A stretch of DNA of 36,171 bases from Octopus bimaculoides (GCF_001194135.2 NC_068991.1:51788333-51824503), one strand, 5' to 3'. Shown: positions 24,135 through 35,810, numbered from the stretch's first letter. Notes: generated by a model not told the origin, from the letters alone. A program made the numbers and translations.

Positions 24135-24260
24135 CTAACTAGATTTGGCACAAAGCTAGCCGTTTTGACGAGAGGGAGAAGTCGATTACATTGACTACAG
24201 GACTTCTTCTATCGACTCTGAAAGAGCGTCTGAAGAAATGCCGTTAACGATTGTCAGTTT
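24135..24260 (-). mobile_element. Degenerate, internally deleted SINE family A
   Basis: TTTGGCACAAAGCTAGC...AGTCGATTACATTGAC...TTTCTATCGACTCTGAAAG...GAAATGCCGTTAACGATT. Confidence 0.6.
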
Positions 24261-24743
24261 CAATATTAGTCAGCATTTCTGAAATTCTAAATTTTAATTA
24301 GAACTCATTGCTGGTCTATCACTTGTTAAGAAAATTTTCTTGATTTAAATGTTTAATAATTTTTTACTCAAGAACTTTTACACATTAACTTAATATTTTA
24401 TTGGTTATTTTTCTTTATTCAGTAATTTAAAATCTCAACCAGATTTTCCCAACCTAGAATTTAATTTCATAACTGCCCTTCTCAATAGAATGCTACTATA
24501 TCCTCCCTTCGTTTCATGGAATCCTCATCCAGAAAGACCATTATATCAATCCACCAGGCAGTCTCTCACCAGACTCAGTCGCTAACGATTTACTCTTGTC
24601 ACGTCAGTTACCACCTCTAGATTGATTTCCCTTTAGCTTTTCTTTAACTTCAAAGCAATTTTTTTACGTCTTCTTGATAGGGACCTAAAATCTGTTATAT
24701 TAAAATCTACTGAACTAAAATCTAACGAAATCTAATGAACTGA

Positions 24744-24787
<44 letters not shown>

Positions 24788-25878
24788 ACATATTACATAT
24801 TTATGCACACATGTATACATACATATGTCCGTGTGCGTGTGTGTAAGTGTGTGTGTGTGCACGTGTGTGGTGTGTGCGTGTGTGTAAGTGTGTATGTATG
24901 TGTGTGTGATATTTATTATATGTAATATATATGTACTATGACTGCGTGTGTGTATATGTAATAAATAAATATATATATATAAATTTATATATATAAATTA
25001 TAAATATATCATCTATAGATATTACATGCCATAGCAGAATCTGATGGCCTCAGGATCGCCTTGGAGACAATGACACATGGTGCATTGTAAGTACAAAATA
25101 TGATAGCTTTTTCATGCATGTATATATATATGTGCATATATGTGTGTGTATATAAATATATACAAACATACAAACATACATACATNNNNNNNNNNNNNNN
25201 NNNNNNNNNNNNNNNNNNNNNNNNNNNNNNNNNNNNNNNNNNNNNNNNNNNNNNNNNNNNNNNNNNNNNNNNNNNNNNNNNNNNNNNNNNNNNNNNNNNN
25301 NNNNNNNNNNNNNNNNNNNNNNNNNNNNNNNNNNNNNNNNNNNNNNNNNNNNNNNNNNNNNNNNNNNNNNNNNNNNNNNNNNNNNNNNNNNNNNNNNNNN
25401 NNNNNNNNNNNNNNNNNNNNNNNNNNNNNNNNNNNNNNNNNNNNNNNNNNNNNNNNNNNNNNNNNNNNNNNNNNNNNNNNNNNNNNNNNNNNNNNNNNNN
25501 NNNNNNNNNNNNNNNNNNNNNNNNNNNNNNNNNNNNNNNNNNNNNNNNNNNNNNNNNNNNNNNNNNNNNNNNNNNNNNNNNNNNNNNNNNNNNNNNNNNN
25601 NNNNNNNNNNNNNNNNNNNNNNNNNNNNNNNNNNNNNNNNNNNNNNNNNNNNNNNNNNNNNNNNNNNNNNNNNNNNNNNNNNNNNNNNNNNNNNNNNNNN
25701 NNNNNNNNNNNNNNNNNNNNNNNNNNNNNNNNNNNNNNNNNNNNNNNNNNNNNNNNNNNNNNNNNNNNNNNNNNNNNNNNNNAGATTAAGTTATGGATTA
25801 TTTACAATTTCTGTTGGATGTCTACATAAATTGGTGATAGTTAAAGGAAGCCAGTGGATGAAGTAAGAATTATAACCT

Positions 25879-25956
<78 letters not shown>

Positions 25957-26279
25957 CTCACTCACACACATACACACACACATACACACACAATTGTACA
26001 CGAGCACATTTGTATATCTACGTGCATATCACCATGCATGTGCACATGCGCACATCATATGAATTAAATTTATATGCGATCTCTCAGATATTCACTCTTG
26101 CACACGCACACACATGCTCACACACATGCACAAGAGCACATGCGCGTGCGTACACTCCCAGACATTCAAACGCAGATCGATGCCCTTATCAAAATGTACA
26201 ACCTTTTGTAAACTGCCTCAGCAAAGAGCTTAGAGGTTGTTATGGTTTGATGCTGCTATGTTATATCTGTGTTAAATGT

Positions 26280-26990
26280 TATCTGTGTGGTGAAGTGTGA
26301 AATGGTTGATATGGCGAAAGAAGAAATCAAAACGTGAAAAGTGTACCCGGGTGGTAATGATGAACGTCTGATTGTAACACCTGGTAAAAATCACTTTCTT
26401 GGAATTTAGAAAGTTTCTGTGTTTTTCTATCTGTGTAAGATATATATTTTTTTCATTGTGCAAAGACTGAATTTTTTCAACCTGTTTATGAAACGTTTCG
26501 CTCTTTAGACAACCCTCCATTTGATGTTGTAGTAAGCACTTCCAGTCTCTTACTTTCTGAATTTGGTTGACCAGTGTCGTGAAATTCCTTTTGTCGACGT
26601 GTCTGGAAAATAATCAGTGATTATAACATCTTTTATTGAATTTCCCATCAACCTTGCCTATGTAACTGCTGTTGTTGACTGACTAATTTAGCCTGGTTGA
26701 AGTGACTTCAGCTTCGTAACTCTCTACTTTATGTTACAAAGCTGATGTAATGAGCAACCGTCTGCATTTCTGCATGAGTAATCTGAACTGTCTTACTTTT
26801 AAGTTTGAGGTGAGCACCTTGATGTTAGAACCAGAAGTATAACTAATTTTCACGGGACTTCTGTTGAAAATTTTCCTGTATCTATGATGATCTGGGAAAT
26901 GCTTCGCTTGGAGGCTCATGAATTTTTCCAACGTTAATTTGAATATTAAAGGAAAAAGAAAGCACAAGCTATATAATCTTTCTAGACTTA
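26280..26990 (-). mobile_element. Penelope-like element remnant (linker plus GIY-YIG C-terminus)
   Basis: EKFMSLQAKHFPDHHRYRKIFNRSPVKISYTSGSNIK, then TYIGKVDGKFNKRCYNH...RNFTTL...LNSKKVIFTRC; matches the PLE pattern KHFP..HKLHKIFNRNTVKISYS and YIG..F..RY.NH. Confidence 0.8.
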
Positions 26991-27089
26991 ATCCTGAATT
27001 TGGTTGGTGAAATGTGAGAGATGAACGACAGTTTTTTTGTTTTTTTTTAAAGCCATTTCCTAGGTCCTGCTATAGATAGGGTTCAACCT

Positions 27090-27386
27090 GAAGTGGCTGT
27101 GTGGTAAGTAGCTTGCTTACCAACCACATGGTTCCGGGTTCAGTCCCACTGCGTGGCACCTTCGGCAAGTGTCTTCTACTGTAGTCTCGGACCGACCAAA
27201 TCCTTGTGAGTGGATTTGGTAGACGGAAACTGAACAACCGATGCTGGTGTGTTTACGTCCCCGTAACTTAGCGGTTCCGCAAAATAGACCGGTAGAATAC
27301 AAAGAATAAGTCCTGGGGGTAGATTTGCTCGACTAAAGGCAGTGCTCCAGCATGGCCACAGTCAAATGACTGAAACAAATAAAAAA
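27090..27386 (+). mobile_element. SINE family B, internally deleted
   Basis: GTGGCTGTGTGGTAAGTAGCTTGC head, GGTTCAGTCCC B-box, tail CCAGCATGGCCACAGTCAAATGACTGAAACAA. Confidence 0.9.
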
Positions 27387-27666
27387 TTTCTTTTAATTTT
27401 AAAAAAAGAGGAAAACACATTTTCTAAAAATTATGCTATGTCGGGAACACTACAAACATATTCAGTTTTTAAAAAATAGGATACAAACCAATATTTGAAT
27501 TTCTACAGTATCATCCATCACACATCAAACGAAATATTACATACTGCATCACAAACTGTAATTGTGCAAAAGGGATCAACCCAAAACTACGACGAATTCA
27601 GCTCAATAGACTGAGAGGCTTTTTAAAGTTAGAAAAATATCCCTCGAAACTAATAGACAACTGGTT

Positions 27667-27958
27667 GTTGGCACTCCGTCGGTTACGACGACAAGGGTTC
27701 CACTTGATCCGATCAGCGGAACAGCCTGCTCGTGAAATTAACGTGCAAGTGGCTGAGCACTCCACAGACACGTGTACCCTTAACGTAGTTCTCGGGTAGA
27801 TTCAGCGTGAAACAGAGTGTGACAAGGCTGGTCCTTTGAAATACAGGTACAACAGAAACAGGAAGAAAGAGTGAGAGAAAGTTGTGGTGAAAGAGTACAG
27901 CAGGGTTCGCCACCATCCCCTGCTGGAACCTCGTGGAACTTTAGGTGTTTTCGCTCAA
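27667..27958 (-). mobile_element. SINE family C, truncated by an assembly gap
   Basis: Close reverse complement of 5240-5526. Confidence 0.9.
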
Positions 27959-29104
27959 NNNNNNNNNNNNNNNNNNNNNNNNNNNNNNNNNNNNNNNNNN
28001 NNNNNNNNNNNNNNNNNNNNNNNNNNNNNNNNNNNNNNNNNNNNNNNNNNNNNNNNNNNNNNNNNNNNNNNNNNNNNNNNNNNNNNNNNNNNNNNNNNNN
28101 NNNNNNNNNNNNNNNNNNNNNNNNNNNNNNNNNNNNNNNNNNNNNNNNNNNNNNNNNNNNNNNNNNNNNNNNNNNNNNNNNNNNNNNNNNNNNNNNNNNN
28201 NNNNNNNNNNNNNNNNNNNNNNNNNNNNNNNNNNNNNNNNNNNNNNNNNNNNNNNNNNNNNNNNNNNNNNNNNNNNNNNNNNNNNNNNNNNNNNNNNNNN
28301 NNNNNNNNNNNNNNNNNNNNNNNNNNNNNNNNNNNNNNNNNNNNNNNNNNNNNNNNNNNNNNNNNNNNNNNNNNNNNNNNNNNNNNNNNNNNNNNNNNNN
28401 NNNNNNNNNNNNNNNNNNNNNNNNNNNNNNNNNNNNNNNNNNNNNNNNNNNNNNNNNNNNNNNNNNNNNNNNNNNNNNNNNNNNNNNNNNNNNNNNNNNN
28501 NNNNNNNNNNNNNNNNNNNNNNNNNNNNNNNNNNNNNNNNNNNNNNNNNNNNNNNNNNNNNNNNNNNNNNNNNNNNNNNNNNNNNNNNNNNNNNNNNNNN
28601 NNNNNNNNNNNNNNNNNNNNNNNNNNNNNNNNNNNNNNNNNNNNNNNNNNNNNNNNNNNNNNNNNNNNNNNNNNNNNNNNNNNNNNNNNNNNNNNNNNNN
28701 NNNNNNNNNNNNNNNNNNNNNNNNNNNNNNNNNNNNNNNNNNNNNNNNNNNNNNNNNNNNNNNNNNNNNNNNNNNNNNNNNNNNNNNNNNNNNNNNNNNN
28801 NNNNNNNNNNNNNNNNNNNNNNNNNNNNNNNNNNNNNNNNNNNNNNNNNNNNNNNNNNNNNNNNNNNNNNNNNNNNNNNNNNNNNNNNNNNNNNNNNNNA
28901 TCCTCATTCAGGCCTGTCACCACCACATTGGTGCCAGGGTGTGCTTCAGAATATGGTGGGTAAGCACTAGTTTGTATTGCAGAAAGATTCTTGTAAACTG
29001 TATTTTCTAAATCTAAGGGTGCACCATTGAATAGTGAGGGGGGGAAGTGCCGTCCAGTGCACACCCCCTAGCGACAGGCATGCTTTCATTACTTCTGACT
29101 AACG

Positions 29105-29162
<58 letters not shown>

Positions 29163-30563
29163 TTATATCAAAGCATACCTTAAATTCTCAAATAATACTT
29201 GTCAATAAACACAGTAATATAGTAGTTTTCCTGCTTTGAATGAAAATATGTTTGTGATAAAATATGAACGAAGATATCGTTTGGTCAATGATTATGAAGA
29301 TATTATTGATGATGACAGTTAGTCTTGGCTTATGTGACTATGACACTGGTGAACTATAGGAAATATTTTATTCCCTGTACACGAAAATGATTAGGTAACA
29401 ATTTACACATTATACAATATACGTCGTATATACAATACTAGTTGAGTATCACGCCGTTGCCGGGCAATTTTTACTATAAAACACCCTGGCGTACTTTCGG
29501 AATAGCACACCTATATTAGTTGGGTTTCTTCCGTTTTGACGGGAATTTTTTTCCAATTTCTTCCACCACACTCTTGCAAATGATGTAGGGAAGTTTTTTT
29601 TATGAAAAACTTCTTTTTAATATATGATTCCCCCTCTCCTCTCTCTCCTTCCGGACCAATTCTGTCCTTTTTTTTTTTTTTTTTTTTTTTGCACTACGCA
29701 CTTAACATTAAGAGACGCCTTTTCAGCAGAAAAAAAAAATTGAAAATTTATGAATTCTTAAAAATTTTTTTGCCCCACTCAGTACGATTTGTGACTCTTT
29801 TTCTTTTTTGCACTACGCACTTTAAAAAANNNNNNNNNNNNNNNNNNNNNNNNNNNNNNNNNNNNNNNNNNNNNNNNNNNNNNNNNNNNNNNNNNNNNNN
29901 NNNNNNNNNNNNNNNNNNNNNNNNNNNNNNNNNNNNNNNNNNNNNNNNNNNNNNNNNNNNNNNNNNNNNNNNNNNNNNNNNNNNNNNNNNNNNNNNNNNN
30001 NNNNNNNNNNNNNNNNNNNNNNNNNNNNNNNNNNNNNNNNNNNNNNNNNNNNNNNNNNNNNNNNNNNNNNNNNNNNNNNNNNNNNNNNNNNNNNNNNNNN
30101 NNNNNNNNNNNNNNNNNNNNNNNNNNNNNNNNNNNNNNNNNNNNNNNNNNNNNNNNNNNNNNNNNNNNNNNNNNNNNNNNNNNNNNNNNNNNNNNNNNNN
30201 NNNNNNNNNNNNNNNNNNNNNNNNNNNNNNNNNNNNNNNNNNNNNNNNNNNNNNNNNNNNNNNNNNNNNNNNNNNNNNNNNNNNNNNNNNNNNNNNNNNN
30301 NNNNNNNNNNNNNNNNNNNNNNNNNNNNNNNNNNNNNNNNNNNNNNNNNNNNNNNNNNNNNNNNNNNNNNNNNNNNNNNNNNNNNNNNNNNNNNNNNNNN
30401 NNNNNNNNNNNNNNNNNNNNNNNNNNNNNNNNNNNNNNNNNNNNNNNNNNNNNNNNNNNNNNNNNNNNNNNNNNNNNNNNNNNNNNNNNNNNNNNNNNNN
30501 NNNNNNNNNNNNNNNNNNNNNNNNNNNNNNNNNNNNNNNNNNNNNNNNNNNNNNNNNNNNNNN

Positions 30564-30616
<53 letters not shown>

Positions 30617-31339
30617 AATACATTAACTAATAGAAAAGTATGTTATTAAAATAAATTATCTTTCACATACCTTTTTTATATCATTCTGTCGCCCTAATAA
30701 AATGTCTTACACACACTCACACACATACACACAAACATACACACATACACACATACATGCATACATACATACATACATACATACAGCGTAAACGATAGAC
30801 ATTACGGAGACTGAGAGAGAGAGTGTGATAAAAATATAGAGAGTGGGGGGGGGAGTTTACAATAAGAAAAGCGAAAAATGGAAGAGATAGACAAATGAAG
30901 AAAGAGAGATCTTTTATGTTGCTGTCGCAGATTTTGAAATTTTAAAATAAAGTGAAAATTTTCAAATTTGGTATATTGTTATAGTTTTTTATGCTGAACT
31001 CAATTTTGTGTTTCATTTACTCCAGAAAACTTTTAGAAAAAATTTACAGTGGTTTTAAGTTTGATTATATTTACCCAATCAGAAAACAAGATTTGGAAGC
31101 TAAGCATTTTATGCGTGATAGTAGTGTATCATAAAAATGAAAGTAAACATTACAAGAAATTTTAAACAAAATAAAAACAATGCGTGAGAGATAATACATA
31201 TACAAAGAGAGAGAGAGAGATAAAAGTTGTGGTAAATATTTATAGAGAGAGGAATGTGTAAAAGAGAGAGAACGTGGTGGTGACGGATAGAAAGTGGGAG
31301 ACTTGTCGATCTAAAATTTTAGTTATTTTTTTGTAGCAA

Positions 31340-31610
31340 ATCATTCTTTTTATTATTATTATTATTATTGGATCTTTTTTAAAACGGGGGCCACATTTTT
31401 CATTAACGAAACACTTTGAAACTTGGAACACTGGTAGAATGTGTCATATAAAACATCTTTTTCTCTTAGTCTTCTTAAAAAAAAAAAGAAATCCATAAGT
31501 TATTCCATGTTAAAGTTGTCGTATTTCTGTAATTTCAACCAATCATTGACGTCCATTCAGCCGATATACATTAAGTGCCGACTACATAAACAAACGATTC
31601 TGAAACAATT
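31340..31610. mobile_element. Unclassified interspersed repeat, possibly a non-autonomous DNA transposon
   Basis: TTTGAAACTTGGAACACTGG...TTTCAACCAATCATTGACG motifs typical of Tc1-like MITE interiors. Recall-based; no TIR verified. Confidence 0.3.
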
Positions 31611-31743
31611 AACCCTGAGAGATTCAGAAAAAATATCTGAAATCTAAGTGGTTAAGGTATATTTTTATATATAGAAAGATGACCAGTAGGGTGGACATTT
31701 AATATGCTAGAAATAGCTCACATGTTGTGTCTACTAAGACCTA

Positions 31744-31779
<36 letters not shown>

Positions 31780-31969
31780 NNNNNNNNNNNNNNNNNNNNN
31801 NNNNNNNNNNNNNNNNNNNNNNNNNNNNNNNNNNNNNNNNNNNNNNNNNNNNNNNNNNNNNNNNNNNNNNNNNNNNNNNNNNNNNNNNNNNNNNNNNNNN
31901 NNNNNNNNNNNNNNNNNNNNNNNNNNNNNNNNNNNNNNNNNNNNNNNNNNNNTATATATGTATGTATGT

Positions 31970-32188
31970 GTGTTTGTGTGTCTGTGTTTGTCCCCACACC
32001 ATCGCTTGACAACCGATGCTGGTGTGTTTACGTTCCCGTAACTTAGCGGTTCGGCAAAAAGAGACCGATAGAATAAGTACTACGCTTACAAAGAATTAGT
32101 CCTGGGGTCGATTTTCTCGACTAAAGGCGGTGCTCCAGCATGGCCGCAGTCAAATGACTGAAACAAGTAAACGAGTAAATGAGAGTAA
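31970..32188 (+). mobile_element. SINE family B, 3' part
   Basis: ACAACCGATGCTGGTGTGTTTACG...GGGGTCGATTTTCTCGACTAAAGGCGGTGCTCCAGCATGGCCGCAGTCAAATGACTGAAACAAGTAAAC. Confidence 0.9.
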
Positions 32189-32189
32189 A

Positions 32190-32783
32190 TGAGTATATAT
32201 ATAAATGAGTAACAAAGATGTATAAGTTTCAATTTAATTGATCAATGAAAGCATTACATCATTACAAAGAAAATCGTTCTCATCAGATGACCGCATAGAC
32301 TTCAAGCAAAAAGGACAAGTTAGATATTTAAACATATTCATATCATCAATAGAGAGCAAATAGTTACAATGATTCCACAGCTAAATTTTTAACTCCCCAA
32401 AGATCTAATTTTAGATGTTTTGAAGACTACATTCTCCCTATTGGCTTCGATGTGTAAATAACCCGATCGCTACTCTCATTCAACCTTCCTCACCACTCTA
32501 GCCTATGCTAATTTCTGCTTTAGCTGTCGCTCTACTGTCCTTTTTTCATTCTGCCAAAAATTTTAGCTGCGGAATCATTGTAAATATTTGCTCTCCATTG
32601 AGGATATGAATATGTTTAAATATCTTATTTGTCCTTTTTGCTTGAAGTCTATGCGGTCATCTGATGAGAACAGTTTTATTTGCAATGATGTAATGCTTTC
32701 ATTGATCAATTAAAGGAGTCGCTCGAAACGGCCGTAATGAATTGAAATTTATACAACTTTGTTACTCGTTTATATTTTACTCA
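32190..32783. repeat. Long inverted repeat (arms ~32190-32390 and ~32556-32783, ~165 bp spacer)
   Basis: For example CAATGAAAGCATTACATCATT and TTCTCATCAGATGACCGCATAGACTTCAAGCAAAAAGGACAA in the left arm have exact reverse complements in the right arm; the right arm carries about 25 extra bases. Confidence 0.95.
32657..32740 (+). ncRNA. Type I hammerhead ribozyme motif with long stem II
   Basis: TCAT-CTGATGA(32661-67)-long hairpin-GAAA(32725-28)-CGGCCG-TA(32735-36)-ATGA; palindromic stem III ACGGCCGT. Confidence 0.65.
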
Positions 32784-32984
32784 CCCAACCTGGAATCTGC
32801 AGCTCGGAAGTATTTGGAAAGTATCTTTGTATAAAGTACATGTCTGAACAAGCAAAAGCGGATTTAATATTGTCTGAGTGTGCAAATAAGTTCGTCTTAA
32901 CAAGATGACTCAATTTAAGTACCTAATTCAACTGAATCTAAATTACATTTTATATATATATGTGTGTATACGAGAGGTTTCAGC

Positions 32985-33125
32985 CAGTTTCCATCTACCA
33001 AATCTACTCACAAGGCTTTATTCGGCCCAAGGATATAGTAGAAGACACTTGCCCAAGGTGCAACACATCAAAAGACTGAACTCGAAACTATGTGGTTATG
33101 AAGCAAGCTCCTTATCAGACACCCA
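32985..33125 (-). mobile_element. SINE family B, 5' part
   Basis: CAGTTTCCATCTACCAAATCTACTCACAAGGCTTT...GTAGAAGACACTTGCCCAAGGTGC. Confidence 0.8.
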
Positions 33126-33432
33126 TACCAATATATATATATATATAATTAAAAAATATGGCAAAAAATCATATATTAATTAATATCGATTAATTACCAG
33201 GAAGCTAGCACATTTAAAGAATCAAAGAGATTCAGAAACAGTATCTGCAATCTCAGGGGATTAAAGTACATTTTTATATATGACGTTGACCACTAACGTG
33301 GACATTCAACGTGCTAGAAATAGATCCCATCTTGTGTCTAATAAGACCTAAATTGTTCTCAACATGAAATATAGCGTGATACCAAAACGTAAGCGGGCAA
33401 GACATTTAAAATCACCGAAAAGAAACATTATT

Positions 33433-33496
33433 AAACAGGGACCGGTTTCAAAATTTAACAATCTTACCGACTGTCTATTTCTCTTCAGCCTGATTT
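33433..33496 (-). ncRNA. Type I hammerhead ribozyme motif with complete catalytic core
   Basis: Minus strand: AAATCAGG-CTGAAGA-GAAAT a GACAGTC ggtaa GATTGTT aa ATTTT-GAAA-CCGG-TC-CCTGTTT; all three stems pair; GUC triplet ends at 33440. Confidence 0.8.
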
Positions 33497-33604
33497 GTAA
33501 TGGAACCATAATCATCAGAACCCCATACAAAGTTGCCCACCGCCATAGGTGCGCGTGTATATGGTTCTGCTAATTACAGCTTAATGGTAAAATTCAAAAG
33601 TCTT

Positions 33605-33665
33605 CTATTTTATTTATTTTATCTAGTTTCAGCTCACGAGCTGTGGCCATGCTGGGGCACTGCCA
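33605..33665 (-). mobile_element. SINE 3' tail fragment (family-B-like)
   Basis: TTTCAGCTCACGAGCTGTGGCCATGCTGGGGCACTGCC is the reverse of a GGCAGTGCCCCAGCATGGCCACAG tail. Confidence 0.6.
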
Positions 33666-34992
33666 TTTATATACACACATTTATATATATTTACATAAAA
33701 TATATTAAAATACAAAATAATATTATATTATGACATATAAAGAAAGCGCAGACTAATGACAGAGAGAGTTCGGAGTTCATACACTGGCTTATCAAATATA
33801 AAGGTTGTAAACAAATATAATGAGAATACATAACCAGTAGGACAATGACACAACATGACATATCGTTTAAGTAATATTTAAATGAAACGAGTATAATTAG
33901 CTATGTTATAGAATGTTGTTAGATGAAAGATAAGAAGTTAAAGATAAGTAGTAGCAGTATTCGAAGCCGTTTAGTTAACTGGTTTAGAGTATGAAAATAT
34001 GTTTCTAATATAACGCGAGCATTTCACTCTAAGTTCATTAAATTTTTTAAGGATACTATCTGAAGATATAAGCAAATTTTATTATACTCCAGGAAATTTG
34101 GAATCTAATTTTTTTGTCTCTATTTCTCAATTTTGTAACCTTAATCTTATTACACTTATTGAAAGTATAAGAATGATTATATAATCATTGCTTGAATTTG
34201 CAAGAAGCGGAACCGATGTAGGTAAAAGTAGTTAGATTGGTTATCACAACACACCTATAATTAATATTTTTTAGTGAGGCACAGAAGTTTGTTTTTACAA
34301 TTACATAATTTAGGAGATTTGTAGACATTAATATTTCCAGTGTTATTCAAGGACTGCAGAGAGTGGTAATTATTGTTTGATCTGACAGAATTACGCCAAT
34401 TATTCAGGAAATATTAAGGTAAAAGACAGTGAGGTTATTATTAGTAGTAATAGCACTACCATTGCAACAGTAAAAGTTACAACAGTTTCCTTGATTATTA
34501 ATAGCTACATAATCTTCATTTATATTAGAATCGATGCGGATGTTATTTGGGTTGTACATATACTGTTTATATTTATGTGTGTGTGCGTGTCTGCCTATCT
34601 GTCTGTCTCTCTCTCCCCCCTCTCTCTCATTATGTATATGTGTGTGTGCGTGTGTGTGTGTATGTATGTATAAAGAAAATACGACAACGTAGAAAATGCT
34701 AAAAGAATTTTATCAAGAAATACATTTTATAACGATTTGTACCGGTTTCAGTCTTTTCGACTTTTTCACATGAGAGTAAAACATAGGTGGATATTAGTTA
34801 AGAAGAAAAACAATTAAATTGAAGAAAAAAATTAAATGAAATGTTTTGTAAATATTTCAATAGTCCTCAAATAGGTATGACATTTTCCTTTTTTCTGTTT
34901 CTCTCTCTCTCTCTCTTTTCCTTTGTGAAGGCTTAGTTGGTAGTAGCAAATATTCATCTGCATCCATAAGTACTATTTTTTCAGATCTGCTA

Positions 34993-35031
<39 letters not shown>

Positions 35032-35559
35032 NNNNNNNNNNNNNNNNNNNNNNNNNNNNNNNNNNNNNNNNNNNNNNNNNNNNNNNNNNNNNNNNNNNNN
35101 NNNNNNNNNNNNNNNNNNNNNNNNNNNNNNNNNNNNNNNNNNNNNNNNNNNNNNNNNNNNNNNNNNNNNNNNNNNNNNNNNNNNNNNNNNNNNNNNNNNN
35201 NNNNNNNNNNNNNNNNNNNNNNNNNNNNNNNNNNNNNNNNNNNNNNNNNNNNNNNNNNNNNNNNNNNNNNNNNNNNNNNNNNNNNNNNNNNNNNNNNNNN
35301 NNNNNNNNNNNNNNNNNNNNNNNNNNNNNNNNNNNNNNNNNNNNNNNNNNNNNNNNNNNNNNNNNNNNNNNNNNNNNNNNNNNNNNNNNNNNNNNNNNNN
35401 NNNNNNNNNNNNNNNNNNNNNNNNNNNNNNNNNNNNNNNNNNNNNNNNNNNNNNNNNNNNNNNNNNNNNNNNNNNNNNNNNNNNNNNNNNNNNNNNNNNN
35501 NNATATATATATATATATGTATGTATGTATGTATGCATATATATATGTATAGGTCAATC

Positions 35560-35810
35560 AATAAGAGACATTCGACATCTTTGGCAGATTTTATATGGCG
35601 TCTGAAGGAGGATGATACGAAATACTACATTACTTGGTCCATAGTTAGACATGCAAAACCATACAGCGTAATTGCCAGGAGATGGCGTCTCTGCTCTGAG
35701 GAATTCCTGTCTATTCTGTCAACTAACGAGAAGATATTTAATAGAATTTCTGAACGACTATCGAGATGCCTACACGCATATAAATGTACTTTCGCAAAAT
35801 GCCGTGAGAA
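35560..35810 (+). mobile_element. Penelope-like element GIY-YIG C-terminal remnant
   Basis: STSLADFIWRLKEDDTKYYITWSIVRHAKPYSVIARRWRLCSEEFLSILSTNEKIFNRISERLSRCLHAYK matches the PLE end pattern LS.YIW.LK....I.WSI...A.PY....C.LC.EE...LN...E....C.H. Confidence 0.8.
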
